From an uncultured delta proteobacterium (GTDB lineage Bacteria > Desulfobacterota > Desulfomonilia > UBA1062), in NCBI GenBank assembly GCA_963752595.1, contig CAVVYZ010000009.1, positions 128,001 to 192,000 on the forward strand: a stretch of DNA of 64,000 nucleotides, written 5' to 3'. Below, in pieces: positions 42,547 through 52,574 of the stretch (position 1 is the stretch's first letter; every line of letters begins with the position of its first letter). The notes beneath the pieces were generated by a model. That model saw nothing but the letters and a program-made list of their open reading frames with translations. It searched no databases and was not told the DNA's origin. The translations under genes and the position numbers were made by a program.

Positions 42547-42975
42547 TCATTCATCGAACTTTGCGGGTTTCTTTCCGCGTTTCTGTTTCCTGTCGCCCTT
42601 GAGCTTCTTCTCTCGGATCCTTTCCTCCCTGGCTGACTGCGAGGGCCTTGTCTTAATCCTGCGCTTCGGAGGGACGGCAGCCTGCCGGATGAGGACAACC
42701 AAGCGTTCCAGGGCGTCTTCCCGGTTCCTCTCCTGATACCTGAAGCGCCTTGCCGTGATGATGAGAACCCCGTCTGCGGTCATGCGTCTGCCCGCGGCCT
42801 GCCTTATTCTCCTCTTAATCTCTTCGCTCAGGTGAGGAGACTTAAGGACATCGAAACGGAGCTGAGCTGCAGTGGCGACCTTGTTGACATTCTGCCCTCC
42901 CGGGCCTGATGAACGAACAAAGTCCCATTGGAGCTCGTTTTCATCAAGAGAGATATGGTCGGTAATAACGATCAT
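42547..42975 (-). CDS. arfB: Alternative ribosome rescue peptidyl-tRNA hydrolase ArfB
   Basis: RSSGPGGQNVNKV, QERNREDA, basic C-terminal tail. Confidence 0.95.
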   Translation of the reverse strand: MIVITDHISLDENELQWDFVRSSGPGGQNVNKVATAAQLRFDVLKSPHLSEEIKRRIRQAAGRRMTADGVLIITARRFRYQERNREDALERLVVLIRQAAVPPKRRIKTRPSQSAREERIREKKLKGDRKQKRGKKPAKFDE

Positions 42976-43015
42976 TTTTTATTTATCCGCCCCGAACAGC
43001 ACCAACCGGTCAAGC

Positions 43016-43060
43016 ATGCGTACCGCCGGCAAAAATCGAGCCTTTGCCGGCGGTACGCAT
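43016..43060. terminator. Perfect 18-bp inverted repeat (terminator or stabilising hairpin)
   Basis: ATGCGTACCGCCGGCAAA-N9-TTTGCCGGCGGTACGCAT just downstream of the enoyl-CoA hydratase stop; no U-tract on the minus strand. Confidence 0.55.
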
Positions 43061-43094
43061 CTTTACCACCGGATCGTTACTTTTTCCTGAAACA

Positions 43095-43853
43095 TTACAT
43101 CATCGAGAGTACGAATTCGAGCGCGCCCCTTACATCCTTGTTGAAGAAGCAGTTCAGGCTGGTCTGCCAGTCTTCCTGGGCGATTCTCTGCCTCATCCTG
43201 TCTGCCACAGGCTTCTTCAGCCCTTCTTTCAGCTTGGTGAACGCCCGGCCCGGGTTGTCGATCCACTTGGAGACGATCTTCTTGGCCCTCGGTATGAGGT
43301 CGGCATCTTCCACGATCTCGTCTATGATCCCGAACTCTTGAGCCTGAACCACGTTGAGCATCTTGCCGAAGTACATCATGTCGCGGAATTTCTTGTCGCT
43401 GTCGAATCCGAAGCGCATCACCCCTGACTGGGCAAGGGACAACGGCAGGCCGAGCTTGATCTCGCTCATGCCTACGTTGATCTTGGGATGATTCTTGGCG
43501 ATGCGATAGTCGGAAGCCATGGCAAGGATCAGGCCGCCCGCGATGGCATGACCGTTGATGGCGGAAACCACCGGCTTCTTGCACATAAAGAGCTCTATGA
43601 GGATTTCTTCCTCCTCGTTGAAGAAATCAACAATCTCGGTAAGATCCTTGAAGCCCAGAAACATCGGCAGATCGAACCCTCCGGAGAACGTCCTGCCGGC
43701 ACCGGTAAGGATGATGCCCCTGACTGATTCATCCTCATTGGCCGTCTTCACGACCTCGCTGAGAGTCTTCAAGGTCTCGCGAGTGATGGAATTCACCTTC
43801 CCGTGATCGAATTCCGCTGTGATTATCCCCTCTTCGTTCTTTACATTCAGCAT
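43095..43853 (-). CDS. Enoyl-CoA hydratase/isomerase family protein
   Basis: FSGGFDL, KPVVSAINGHAIAGG, MSEIKLGL; only one catalytic Glu apparent (isomerase-like). Confidence 0.9.
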   Translation of the reverse strand: MLNVKNEEGIITAEFDHGKVNSITRETLKTLSEVVKTANEDESVRGIILTGAGRTFSGGFDLPMFLGFKDLTEIVDFFNEEEEILIELFMCKKPVVSAINGHAIAGGLILAMASDYRIAKNHPKINVGMSEIKLGLPLSLAQSGVMRFGFDSDKKFRDMMYFGKMLNVVQAQEFGIIDEIVEDADLIPRAKKIVSKWIDNPGRAFTKLKEGLKKPVADRMRQRIAQEDWQTSLNCFFNKDVRGALEFVLSMM

Positions 43854-44047
43854 TCCTTCCTCCTGCTCAATAATTTTGATCTTTCCATTAATCCGGCATC
43901 TGAGCACCGGGTATCATAGAGGATTTTCAGGAATTTGTCATTCGAGAAGTCTTTGATATTTTCCGGGTACATCCATGAGATGTTTCCTGATATATCCTCT
44001 TGCACTCTTGAATGGCGATTGATCCGGCATGTCCTTCGGCGGGTAAG

Positions 44048-44953
44048 CTAACCTATTCTTTCAAGCAGCTTCCCTATTTCCCGGACCTTCCGGAGACCTT
44101 CCAGCCACTGCGCAGGAATAGCACCCATCCCCAGATGCGCACCAAGAACCATGCCCACTGCAGAGGCCCGAGATGCAGAGTCGCCCCCTGCCGTTACCGC
44201 CTGGATCAGGGCCTCCTTAAGATCATTTTCATACTTCATGATGAGGTGAATCACCCCTGGGAAGGATTCATGAACATGACCGTTCTGACCGAACCCTGTT
44301 ACTGCATCCACGCTTTCCTTTCCCCGTGAGGAAAAAGCATCCTTCACCCAGTTGCTGATCCGGGTATCTGCAAAGCGTTCTCCGCTGGTCTCCCATATTG
44401 CATCAACCGGGGAAGCCCCTTTGAGCACATTGAAACAAACCCGGGCCAGGAACTCGCTCGCTTCGATGGTCAGCGCATTCCCATGCGTCATTGCCGCCTG
44501 GAGCCGCGATGCATCGACAAGGCCATCCAGATCGTTCCGGAGACAGTACACCAGCGGGGAAATCCTCGCGGCACCGCTTAAGTCATTCGATAAAGAACCC
44601 GACTCCAGAGGCCCCTTGCCCAGGGCAAAATTCTGGAGCGTTCCCCGCGTAGACTGGTCCATGTATCCTCTGTAATTACTGAAGAGATCCTGCCAGCGTT
44701 CAGAAAAGTCATCAAGATTAAAGCACCTACATGCAGCAACAGATTCCAGGAGAACGAATGCCTGGTCACCGCAATTGGTAAACTCGCCCTTGTCCTTGGT
44801 TTTGTGATACGAGTTGTTCGCAGGCTGGACTAAGTCCTCTATCCTTCCGAATTCTCTTGCGATCCTCTCAGTCGAGAAAATCCAATGAGATCCCAATGCA
44901 AGGGAGTCCCCGATAAAAGCTCCAAGGACCATGCCCTTTGCCTTCTCAAACAT
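44048..44953 (-). CDS. ADP-ribosylglycohydrolase family protein
   Basis: GAFIGDSLALG, FTNCGDQ, AMTHG, GGDSASRASAVG, IPAQW. Confidence 0.88.
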   Translation of the reverse strand: MFEKAKGMVLGAFIGDSLALGSHWIFSTERIAREFGRIEDLVQPANNSYHKTKDKGEFTNCGDQAFVLLESVAACRCFNLDDFSERWQDLFSNYRGYMDQSTRGTLQNFALGKGPLESGSLSNDLSGAARISPLVYCLRNDLDGLVDASRLQAAMTHGNALTIEASEFLARVCFNVLKGASPVDAIWETSGERFADTRISNWVKDAFSSRGKESVDAVTGFGQNGHVHESFPGVIHLIMKYENDLKEALIQAVTAGGDSASRASAVGMVLGAHLGMGAIPAQWLEGLRKVREIGKLLERIG

Positions 44954-45123
44954 ATTTAAGACCCTCCATTTCCCAAAGTTCTCACCATTGACAATCGGAT
45001 AACGGATTACCCATGACCCGGCCCTTGGAAAAGAACACCTTAGGAGATCACAAGAGAGGTGAATAATCATACTTATAACATAAGCCGGCATAAGCACAAG
45101 GTCTTTTAACGATGTATTACCGA

Positions 45124-45360
45124 TCAGGTGACTATGGCCCACGCATCGAACAGCATATTATATCGCAAGATGAAAATGCCCTTATCCGTGCGGACCCTGT
45201 AGTAGTCAAGCTCGACCTTGCCCGGTACGTTCCGGCCCTCATACCACCTGTCCAGTATTTCTTTTATTCCGTACCGCTTTCCTTCGAAGATAAAGGAGGT
45301 GGGCTCCTCATGGTGGGGATGGCCCCCCTTGCATTCAACATGGATTCTCTGCAACTCCAT
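45124..45360 (-). CDS. Small conserved hypothetical protein (DUF6504-like)
   Basis: EEPTSFIFEG..IKEILDRWYEG..YYRVRT..ILRY..W pattern. Confidence 0.7.
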   Translation of the reverse strand: MELQRIHVECKGGHPHHEEPTSFIFEGKRYGIKEILDRWYEGRNVPGKVELDYYRVRTDKGIFILRYNMLFDAWAIVT

Positions 45361-45428
45361 GGGGTAATGGATACCCGCTTACAGAGGTATTTCAATACCA
45401 ATGACAGCCCAAGAGATATACTGGAAAC

Positions 45429-45959
45429 TTACCTTTCTATCTCGACTTTTACTTTTTTCCTGCCCCATATCAAGGCCTGTGTATGGGTATTGTAGTAGAG
45501 GTCAATCCTGGTCGGCCCCTTTATCGCCGATCCACGATCTTCAACTACTCCCCATCCATATCCGGGGACATACATCTTGGTTCCGAAGGAGTAGTATTTC
45601 GTATCTGCTGCAATAGTGCCGCTGCTTGGAAGCAGAAGCCAGGGGAAAAAGACGGTCCGTATAGGGATCATCCAGGGATGTACAACGCTGTCCAGGGAGA
45701 ACAGGCCGGGTTGGGGCATATGGGGTTTAGTTCCGCTCGCTGTCCGGCCGGTATAGGGTTTTCCATCATTCTTGCCGTCGCTTATATACTTGTTCCAGAC
45801 ATCGAGCTTCAGGTGGCTCCAGCTTCCTCGCTCCCATTTGCAGCATTCCCCGCAGCCGCAGTAGGCAGTGGTATCCATGGTTCGGATCTCACGGTCGGCA
45901 GCACAGCCTGTCATGAAGGCCAGCATCCCAAGACATACTATGAGCGTCGCCCTTCTCAT
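45429..45959 (-). CDS. 3D-domain lipoprotein
   Basis: Lipobox MTGC, TTAYC, TASG, GTIAAD, VEDRGSAIKG, RIDLY. Confidence 0.88.
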   Translation of the reverse strand: MRRATLIVCLGMLAFMTGCAADREIRTMDTTAYCGCGECCKWERGSWSHLKLDVWNKYISDGKNDGKPYTGRTASGTKPHMPQPGLFSLDSVVHPWMIPIRTVFFPWLLLPSSGTIAADTKYYSFGTKMYVPGYGWGVVEDRGSAIKGPTRIDLYYNTHTQALIWGRKKVKVEIER

Positions 45960-46049
45960 GTCCGAATACCTCCTTATTGTGTGGTAATCGGCAAGCCTGG
46001 AGACGATCATGAGACAGCACCGGCAGCTTAGGGGTACGGGTGCAAACGG

Positions 46050-46130
46050 AAAGGATCTTACGATAGGTATCAAGACCGTCCATACCCGAAGCCATGATCA
46101 TATCGAGTACGACGATATCGACTGTCCCGT
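46050..46130 (-). pseudogene. Remnant of a response-regulator receiver domain
   Basis: Frame reads TVDIVVLDMIMASGMDGLDTYRKIL, typical of hybrid kinase receivers; no intact gene around it. Confidence 0.6.
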
Positions 46131-47269
46131 CCTCCAGGGAAGAGAACAGGATCAAACCAGGTAAGTATGGCGGCGTTTTCTTCAGAGGGGTAGGCATGAG
46201 CAAGATCATCAATTATCTTGAGAGTGATGTCTGCCTCTGCCTTCTCCAGGATTTCGCAGCCGGAGTGTGCGCGAGCCGCCGGGAACATCCAGTCGTGGGC
46301 GCCGTGGACCCAGTAAATCCTTCTGGATCGCGCAAGGGTAAGCTCTCCGGGAGGGAGCACACCTGATACGGGGCTGAAGGCATGAAAAGGAGTCTCCGGC
46401 AGCAAGGAGCACCCCAAGGCAAAGGTTGCACCGTCAGAGAAACCTGTCAGAAGGATTTTCTGCAGATCCAGGGGGTACTCTCCGGCAAGCCTCTTCAGAA
46501 GATCGATCAAAGGGAGCAGATCTATTTCAGGGTCTTCCAAAGACCAGGTCATACCTGCAGATGTCGGGGCGAGGAGAAAAAAATCCCGGCACCTCGCCTC
46601 CCGAATCCAGGTCCAGACGAAATCCCTCCCATGGCCGAAACCTCCGTGAAGAGCAACAATAACGGGAAGCCGCTTCTTTCTTCCCGGCATCTCCGGAAGG
46701 AAAAATGACGGGATACCGCGTGCAAACGGATCTTGCCCTTCCGTCATATGAATGAGCCGCTCTCCCCGCCCGGTATCTTCTTGTGTTTCATGCTTCCAAT
46801 GCCGGCATTGCAAGGGACTTCCTTTGAAAAAATCATCTATTTCCCGGACTTCATGCCGCAACTCGAAAAGCAGTTCCCGGATCCGGCAGATCTTTCTTCC
46901 GGCCTGCATGGCATTGAGGATTCCGGCCTGGAAATCATCGAAAGAAGCATTGAATCTCGATACAGCCTCCATACCGAGCGCCGCGGACCTCAAGAGAATG
47001 CTGCCTGTATGGATTGCCTGAAAAAACGGTTCCCTGTCCGAGCGCTGAATCAATTCCGGGTCCTTCAGCGAGAACTCGTCCATGGCGCCCTGAAGGCCGG
47101 CTGCCTTCCGGGCGAGCGCCTCGCCGTGCTTCCGGATCATGAGCGGATGAAACTTTCGTTGAACCTTCTCAAATAATCTTAACATATCAAGAAGAGAAGA
47201 ACAGAGCTTGCGGGCTTTGCCTTCACAGAGGATTTCACCATCCTGCTCCGGTCTCCTCTCTTTTTCCAT
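46070..47269 (-). CDS. Phospholipase/carboxylesterase
   Basis: VALHGG, GFSDGA, HGAHDWMFP, DLAHAYP. Confidence 0.88.
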   Translation of the reverse strand: MEKERRPEQDGEILCEGKARKLCSSLLDMLRLFEKVQRKFHPLMIRKHGEALARKAAGLQGAMDEFSLKDPELIQRSDREPFFQAIHTGSILLRSAALGMEAVSRFNASFDDFQAGILNAMQAGRKICRIRELLFELRHEVREIDDFFKGSPLQCRHWKHETQEDTGRGERLIHMTEGQDPFARGIPSFFLPEMPGRKKRLPVIVALHGGFGHGRDFVWTWIREARCRDFFLLAPTSAGMTWSLEDPEIDLLPLIDLLKRLAGEYPLDLQKILLTGFSDGATFALGCSLLPETPFHAFSPVSGVLPPGELTLARSRRIYWVHGAHDWMFPAARAHSGCEILEKAEADITLKIIDDLAHAYPSEENAAILTWFDPVLFPGGRDSRYRRTRYDHGFGYGRS

Positions 47270-48457
47270 CAGCGACCCCCTTGGACCTTCTTGATGTCTG
47301 CCTTGATAAAAACAGGATAATACAGGCTGTCGTCATCCATGAGCCTTCTCATATCCAGTGTATTGAGGGCGTAGGTGCAGACCAGATCTGCCCCTTTAAG
47401 CCCGGGATGGGCCTTCCCAGCGTAAACCAGCAGATCTTTCGATTCCGTACGGGACGGGCAGTACAGTTGTCTCTTTTCGGACCAGGGACCGGTAAGGGCT
47501 TTTGCCCAGCGGTATACGAGGCAATGACCGGTGAAGCTCTCGGTCTGGACCTCCAGGAATCGGCCGAGTGCAGGCTCGTAGTGGACCGTGTATTCTATCT
47601 GGGCATCCGTGAAAAGGGGCTCGGGTTTTCGCATGAGTTTATCCTGGCTTACCCATCCGGCTTCACCTGTCCACCACTGGGGTTTCATGAGATCTCCCTG
47701 TGCCGCATCGGTAAGGCTCCATCGTACGGGGTATGCCCCGTGATCGAGCGCGTGGGCGCCGAAGGCATACAGATAGCCGTCCAATACAAAGCAGCATGCA
47801 GAACCGATAATGACATTGAAGGTATTCTCCGGTGTCCGGAGCCGGCTTTTCTTCCAGAGCCCGGGGTCTTCACCGGGGTTATCGATGCCTACAGCCTCCC
47901 ATCCCTTTACTGCAAACCCGAACCCTCCCGGGGAAGGTTCGATCTCCATGAGAAAAATCACGAGGCGGTTCAGTACCACAGCTCCCGATCCGGGCCAGTA
48001 CCAGTTCCCCGGATTCGAAGGAAAAAAGGCATCGGGCGTGCCGTCTTTTGTCTCCCAATGAAAGGTAACGGTTGCATCTGCAGGATCATAGCCTCTCTGG
48101 ATCGCGATGGTATTCCTCACCAGGGAAGCATCTTTTCTCTCTCGACTCACCCCTTCCGATAAAGCTGTCACCGAAGATCCACAGCACCCTGCCTGCCTTG
48201 AGGTCTATAGAGTATGCTCCATCGCCTCCGAGCCAGTGCTCATCGCCCCTGAAAGGCTGCTCTGCCTCGTACCACCTCCGAGCGCTGAACGTGAACGATT
48301 CGTGCCCCTGTGAAGGAAGGGCTCCGTTGCTGCATGCGAAGAAGATACAGGCGAGGAGGCCGGGCAGGAGAATCCTGAGCAGGAAGAACAGGCCTAAGGA
48401 GGGGCGCTTCCTGTCTTGCCCGGTATAGGATGAAACGGAAAAAGGAGTCCCCATCAT
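47269..48457 (-). CDS. Secreted DUF5005/DUF4185-like protein, one frameshift near 48140
   Basis: WLGGDGAYSIDL..LWIFGDSF then VRNTIAIQ, WYWPG, TGPWS, YAGKAHP, YYPVF. Confidence 0.75.
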
Positions 48458-48537
48458 TTCAGCCCCATGGAGATCATTGCATCACCCTCCTACTAACCTC
48501 CCCTGATACAGCATTTACAAGCCTGGAAGTCAGATGA

Positions 48538-49560
48538 CTATGGGGTTAAAAATCCTATTTCTTTCGCGTATTCGAACTGCCTGGCCCACGGGATACCGGG
48601 ATGGGCGGCCGTGATGATATCTTCCCCGACATACGAAAGAGACCTGGCATCGAGCCCTACGGGATCATAGCCGCCGAGAAATCCGATATCCTTCGATATG
48701 AACTCGGCCTTTCCCGGCAGGCAATCACACTCCGATGCGATCCTGATCAAGGCATTGATGAGGATCGTCCTCCCTTGTATCCGCTTCCACACGGCTGCAG
48801 CGGTTTCGATGATCTTTTCCTGAAAGACCCTCATATCAGTGTTAAAAGAGATCCTCAATGCAACATCCGGACACATGGCGATGCACTGGGCGCATCCGAT
48901 GCACAGTGCCAGATCATACACAGGAAATCCATCTTCACCTACCTGGGCAGCGCCCGTGGGACAGGTTTCGGCGCATACGCCGCACCGGGTGCATTTTCTT
49001 TTGTTCAGTGAAGGTTTTGCATCGGCATGCATCCGCTGCTTCTGTGCGCGTGATGCAAACCCCATGGAAATATTCTTGATGGCACCTCCGAACCCGGCTC
49101 CAAGGTGCGCCTTGAAGTGGGAAAAGATTACGAAGCCCTGCGCCTTCTCTACGACGGCAGCTGCCTGGACGCTTTGAAAGTGCCTGTATGCACACGCGAG
49201 ATCAGCGACATCTTTGCCGTCAAGCCCGTCTGCAATGACCACCTCGCACCCGAGGTAATCGGAAGAGTATCCGTGTTCCGAGGCGGTATCAAGGCTGTCA
49301 CGGCCGTTCCTCCTCCCGCCGGAGTAGAGAACGGTGGTATCGAAGATAAAGGGCTCAATCCCCTGACTTAAGAGCCACCGGGCAATTTCTCTTGCATAGG
49401 AAGGGGGAAGAAAGCCGTGATTCCCCCGCTCGCCCCAATGGAGCTTGATGCCGACACGGTCGCCTTTGCGGAAAGGATGCAACATGTCCTGGAGCAGGGA
49501 TCTGAGTGCTGCCAATGCCCCTTGCTCGGTATGGTCCGTTGGGTAAAATAGTTCACTCAT
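48538..49560 (-). CDS. DUF362 domain Fe-S protein
   Basis: IKLHWGE, IADGLDG, SHFKAH, GGAIKNISMG, two 4Fe-4S motifs (CTRCGVCAETCP, CIGCAQCIAMCP). Confidence 0.9.
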   Translation of the reverse strand: MSELFYPTDHTEQGALAALRSLLQDMLHPFRKGDRVGIKLHWGERGNHGFLPPSYAREIARWLLSQGIEPFIFDTTVLYSGGRRNGRDSLDTASEHGYSSDYLGCEVVIADGLDGKDVADLACAYRHFQSVQAAAVVEKAQGFVIFSHFKAHLGAGFGGAIKNISMGFASRAQKQRMHADAKPSLNKRKCTRCGVCAETCPTGAAQVGEDGFPVYDLALCIGCAQCIAMCPDVALRISFNTDMRVFQEKIIETAAAVWKRIQGRTILINALIRIASECDCLPGKAEFISKDIGFLGGYDPVGLDARSLSYVGEDIITAAHPGIPWARQFEYAKEIGFLTP

Positions 49561-49694
49561 AGTTCATCATTATATCAGATGAAACAAGATCGACAACTGG
49601 GAAATCATTTTCGATATCAGCTTCTTGTTTTCTGATCGGATTACTGCTTGTTGCGGTGCAAAAAAAGGAAACCAGGCTGATAAGGGGAATTATC

Positions 49695-50600
49695 TCACAA
49701 AGGATGCTGTTTCTGCCGCTGCGGATATTTCACGACCACATGATACTTGCGAACGAAACTAATCGGGTGATAGGAGAGTTTGGCCTTCCTCAATCCTTCC
49801 TCGTCCAGGTCCTGCTCGCGATTCACGAACGTGAAATCCCTGTGTGCGGCTAAGAACATCTGGTTCATTGCCTGGTAAATCCCTGAGTATTCCGTGAAGC
49901 CCTTTTCAAAATGAATACTGAGGGTGCTCAGGGTGAAGGCCTCGGCAATGCAGAACGCCACCAGCTCGCTGTTTACGATGAGGGCGCCGCCCATAATGTT
50001 TTGGAGCCGATCCCACTCACTCAGAACGCGATCTATCACACGGTTCTCTGCCGAGAGCGTCTCTGATGACTCGCAATCCCTCCACACGCACCACCGTTCC
50101 TGCATCTCCTTTGTTCTCCCGATGAGAAGAGGATGCAGGTCTAGATACTGATACTCATGTTTCTTTATGAACTGGTTCAAGAGGTTTTTCTTTTTGTGAT
50201 ATTTATTGCCTGAGAGCCCTACCAGATCTTCCACGGCATAGAGATAGTCCCAGTGCTCACGAGCTTCCTGCATTTCCATCTGCCCCGTGAAATGCGGTTC
50301 CCAGGCAAGCACTACTTCCTGCGGGACCCGTGTGAAGGAGGGGTTGCTCTCTCCGAGCAGGCCGATTTCCTTCTTCCACTGGATTGTTTTCAGACGACCT
50401 ACAGGGCTCCAATACATATTCTCAGGCCTTGTCTGCTTGATCCAGACGACATCTTTTCCCCAGGCCCATTCAAGACCGTATTCCTCTGCCCAACCCCAGA
50501 GATTGATGAAGCTGTAGTCGGAGGCTGTTATGCCGCAGGCCGTGAGCAATTCGAGATATCTTTCCTGTTTATCTAGAGATATGGGCTCGAAAATATACAT
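49695..50600 (-). CDS. DUF2156 (aminoacyl-phosphatidylglycerol synthase-like) stand-alone protein
   Basis: SDYSFINLWGW, WDYLY, LSGNKYHKKKN, HFEKG, NREQDL..GLRKAKLSYHP. Confidence 0.9.
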   Translation of the reverse strand: MYIFEPISLDKQERYLELLTACGITASDYSFINLWGWAEEYGLEWAWGKDVVWIKQTRPENMYWSPVGRLKTIQWKKEIGLLGESNPSFTRVPQEVVLAWEPHFTGQMEMQEAREHWDYLYAVEDLVGLSGNKYHKKKNLLNQFIKKHEYQYLDLHPLLIGRTKEMQERWCVWRDCESSETLSAENRVIDRVLSEWDRLQNIMGGALIVNSELVAFCIAEAFTLSTLSIHFEKGFTEYSGIYQAMNQMFLAAHRDFTFVNREQDLDEEGLRKAKLSYHPISFVRKYHVVVKYPQRQKQHPL

Positions 50601-50775
50601 GAAAACCCTTTACCGGCCTTATGTATTTTTCCTTTCAATAATACAATAATCATCCGCAGACTTTTTTTGTAAAGCTCAAAAGATCCGGCCACCCTGCTAT
50701 CTCAGCGAATGGATATTGAAACAACACGGGTAGGTATACCCATTTCGAGTTTTCCGGGCCCTATACAGCTCCTTA

Positions 50776-51810
50776 TCAGAGCTCGTGGGTCGTCTTGTCT
50801 ACGTATCTGGCTATGTCGGCCATTATATCGCCTATGTCCTCTTCTTTCAGACGCAGGATTTCTGCCGCATCCGGATGGATAGAGTAGAGCATCCCGTCTA
50901 TCCCTGCTCCGATACCGCTCATGATCGCAATGGCGTCGGCCATGTGTACGATATAGGACAGCATATCCTTATCCGAAGGGGTCGGATCGTGGTGATAGCG
51001 GATGGAAAGAGCGATGTGCTTTGGGATCTGCCAATGCTCGCATACCTCGGAGGCAAGCTCTGCATGATCGAATCCCAGCATCCTCTTTTCTGCTGAGAGG
51101 AACGACTCATTCTCCAGCTTGACAAAGGACTGGAATTCTTCCTTTCTCTCCAGGATGTAAGGATCGAGGATGATCTTCCCCACATCATGGATAAGACCTG
51201 CAGAAAACGCATCCTGCTCCAGGGCGGGATGTACACGCCGCGCAATGATCTGAGAGCCGCTGGCAACCGCCAGAGAGTGCATCCAGAGATCGCCGGCAAC
51301 AAGATCGTATCCGTCGAGATTCTTGTCGAGAATTTCCGAGGAGCAGGCCAGATTGAGCAGCTCCATGAGGGTTTTGGCCCCGAGCACAGCCGATGCGTGA
51401 TGTACAGAGGAGACATTTCCGCTGTGCCCGTAATATGGGGAATTTGCAATCTTGAGCACCCGGGTTACAATCCCCTGGTCGGTTTCGATAATCTTTGCAA
51501 GGTCGGAGAAGCTGGAATTGGGATCAGCAAGGACCTTCCTTGCCTTCTGCGCTACCTGAGGCATGGGGGGCAAATCCTTCAAGGTCCTGAAGATCCTCTG
51601 TTTGAGCACATCTCCGGCTAGAAAGCCCTTATCCTGTGCATGCCCTTCCGGGGCATTGCCACTGTCCTGTGGAGAGGCATTGAAATCGATATCCATCATT
51701 CCCTTGCAACTCGGACATGGAAGGGACACCCTCCCCTTATCTCTGAACGCCGTGAGATGCTCGTCTTGAACGGTGTATTCCTTGCTGCAGTGAGGGCATC
51801 GTATCTTCAT
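50776..51810 (-). CDS. Zinc-ribbon + HDOD domain protein
   Basis: CPHC...CPSC; LPPMP, LKIANSPYYG, LWMHS, GLIHDVGK, GFDHAE, YHH. Confidence 0.92.
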   Translation of the reverse strand: MKIRCPHCSKEYTVQDEHLTAFRDKGRVSLPCPSCKGMMDIDFNASPQDSGNAPEGHAQDKGFLAGDVLKQRIFRTLKDLPPMPQVAQKARKVLADPNSSFSDLAKIIETDQGIVTRVLKIANSPYYGHSGNVSSVHHASAVLGAKTLMELLNLACSSEILDKNLDGYDLVAGDLWMHSLAVASGSQIIARRVHPALEQDAFSAGLIHDVGKIILDPYILERKEEFQSFVKLENESFLSAEKRMLGFDHAELASEVCEHWQIPKHIALSIRYHHDPTPSDKDMLSYIVHMADAIAIMSGIGAGIDGMLYSIHPDAAEILRLKEEDIGDIMADIARYVDKTTHEL

Positions 51811-51974
51811 GGCAATCTCTCCATATCTTTTCCCTGGTAAGGGCGCCTGATGAGTGAGGCTCCCCGATTCCAGACCCTCACAAGCTCCCTTGGTCCATAC
51901 ACCGCTTTCACCCGCTGCCTACCGGATATCCCTGCTACCTGCTCAAATCGGTACAGTATTCCGTCCTTCGTCAT
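51807..51974 (-). CDS. Possible 55-aa small protein bridging cheD and the HDOD gene
   Basis: Open frame MTKDGILYRFEQVAGISGRQRVKAVYGPRELVRVWNRGASLIRRPYQGKDMERLP with ATGA overlaps at both ends. Confidence 0.4.
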   Translation of the reverse strand: MTKDGILYRFEQVAGISGRQRVKAVYGPRELVRVWNRGASLIRRPYQGKDMERLP

Positions 51975-52414
51975 GATATCTTTATCTTTCCCTCATCGAT
52001 ATTGAGGATTATGGTCTTGAGCTTGGTACCACCCACAGATTCGAGTTTCACCGGGACGTTGTGCCTGCCGAGGAGATCCTTGATCGTAGACACCAGGCGG
52101 GAACCTACATTTTCACTCTCGCCCGATGCAAGCATGGAAGCGCCTCCGGCAATGGCTACGGACATCTGGCCGTCCGCACCCCGCTTCTTGAACTCGCTCA
52201 TGACGTGCTCGATAGCAGTATCTGCAAAATATGCAGGGTTTTCAGGGTGTCTTCCCTGGGACATTCCCCGGAGGATGTGGAGCCCGGCTGCCATTTTATG
52301 CCGGGGGTTGAAGAGAATGATGCCCACACCTGTGGCTATCTTGTCGATCCAGAGAAGCCCCTCGGAAGCAAACTCACATTTCATTGGTTTTACAGCCGTT
52401 GTCTTCATGTGCAT
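51971..52414 (-). CDS. cheD: CheD-family protein (catalytic Cys absent)
   Basis: AAGLHIL, PAYFADTAI, IAGGASM, NVGSR, SVGG; LGSCV motif reads IATGV. Confidence 0.8.
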   Translation of the reverse strand: MHMKTTAVKPMKCEFASEGLLWIDKIATGVGIILFNPRHKMAAGLHILRGMSQGRHPENPAYFADTAIEHVMSEFKKRGADGQMSVAIAGGASMLASGESENVGSRLVSTIKDLLGRHNVPVKLESVGGTKLKTIILNIDEGKIKIS

Positions 52415-52574
52415 AAAATTCCCTTACCTGCTCTTCGGAAAAACGCATCGATTTCTATAGTCCCACGTTCCTCATAAACCAGGGATACCGGGAAAGTATA
52501 ACCAGAATGTCTTTGAAAGGCAGGGCTTCCCCTTTACGGTCCGTTTGGGAAACCTGATCAGTTCTGTGGGGCGG

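Noticed and set aside
52415-52574. c-di-GMP (GEMM) riboswitch upstream of cheD
   Set aside because: Conserved GEMM-I elements could not be matched by eye; an Rfam cmscan would settle it
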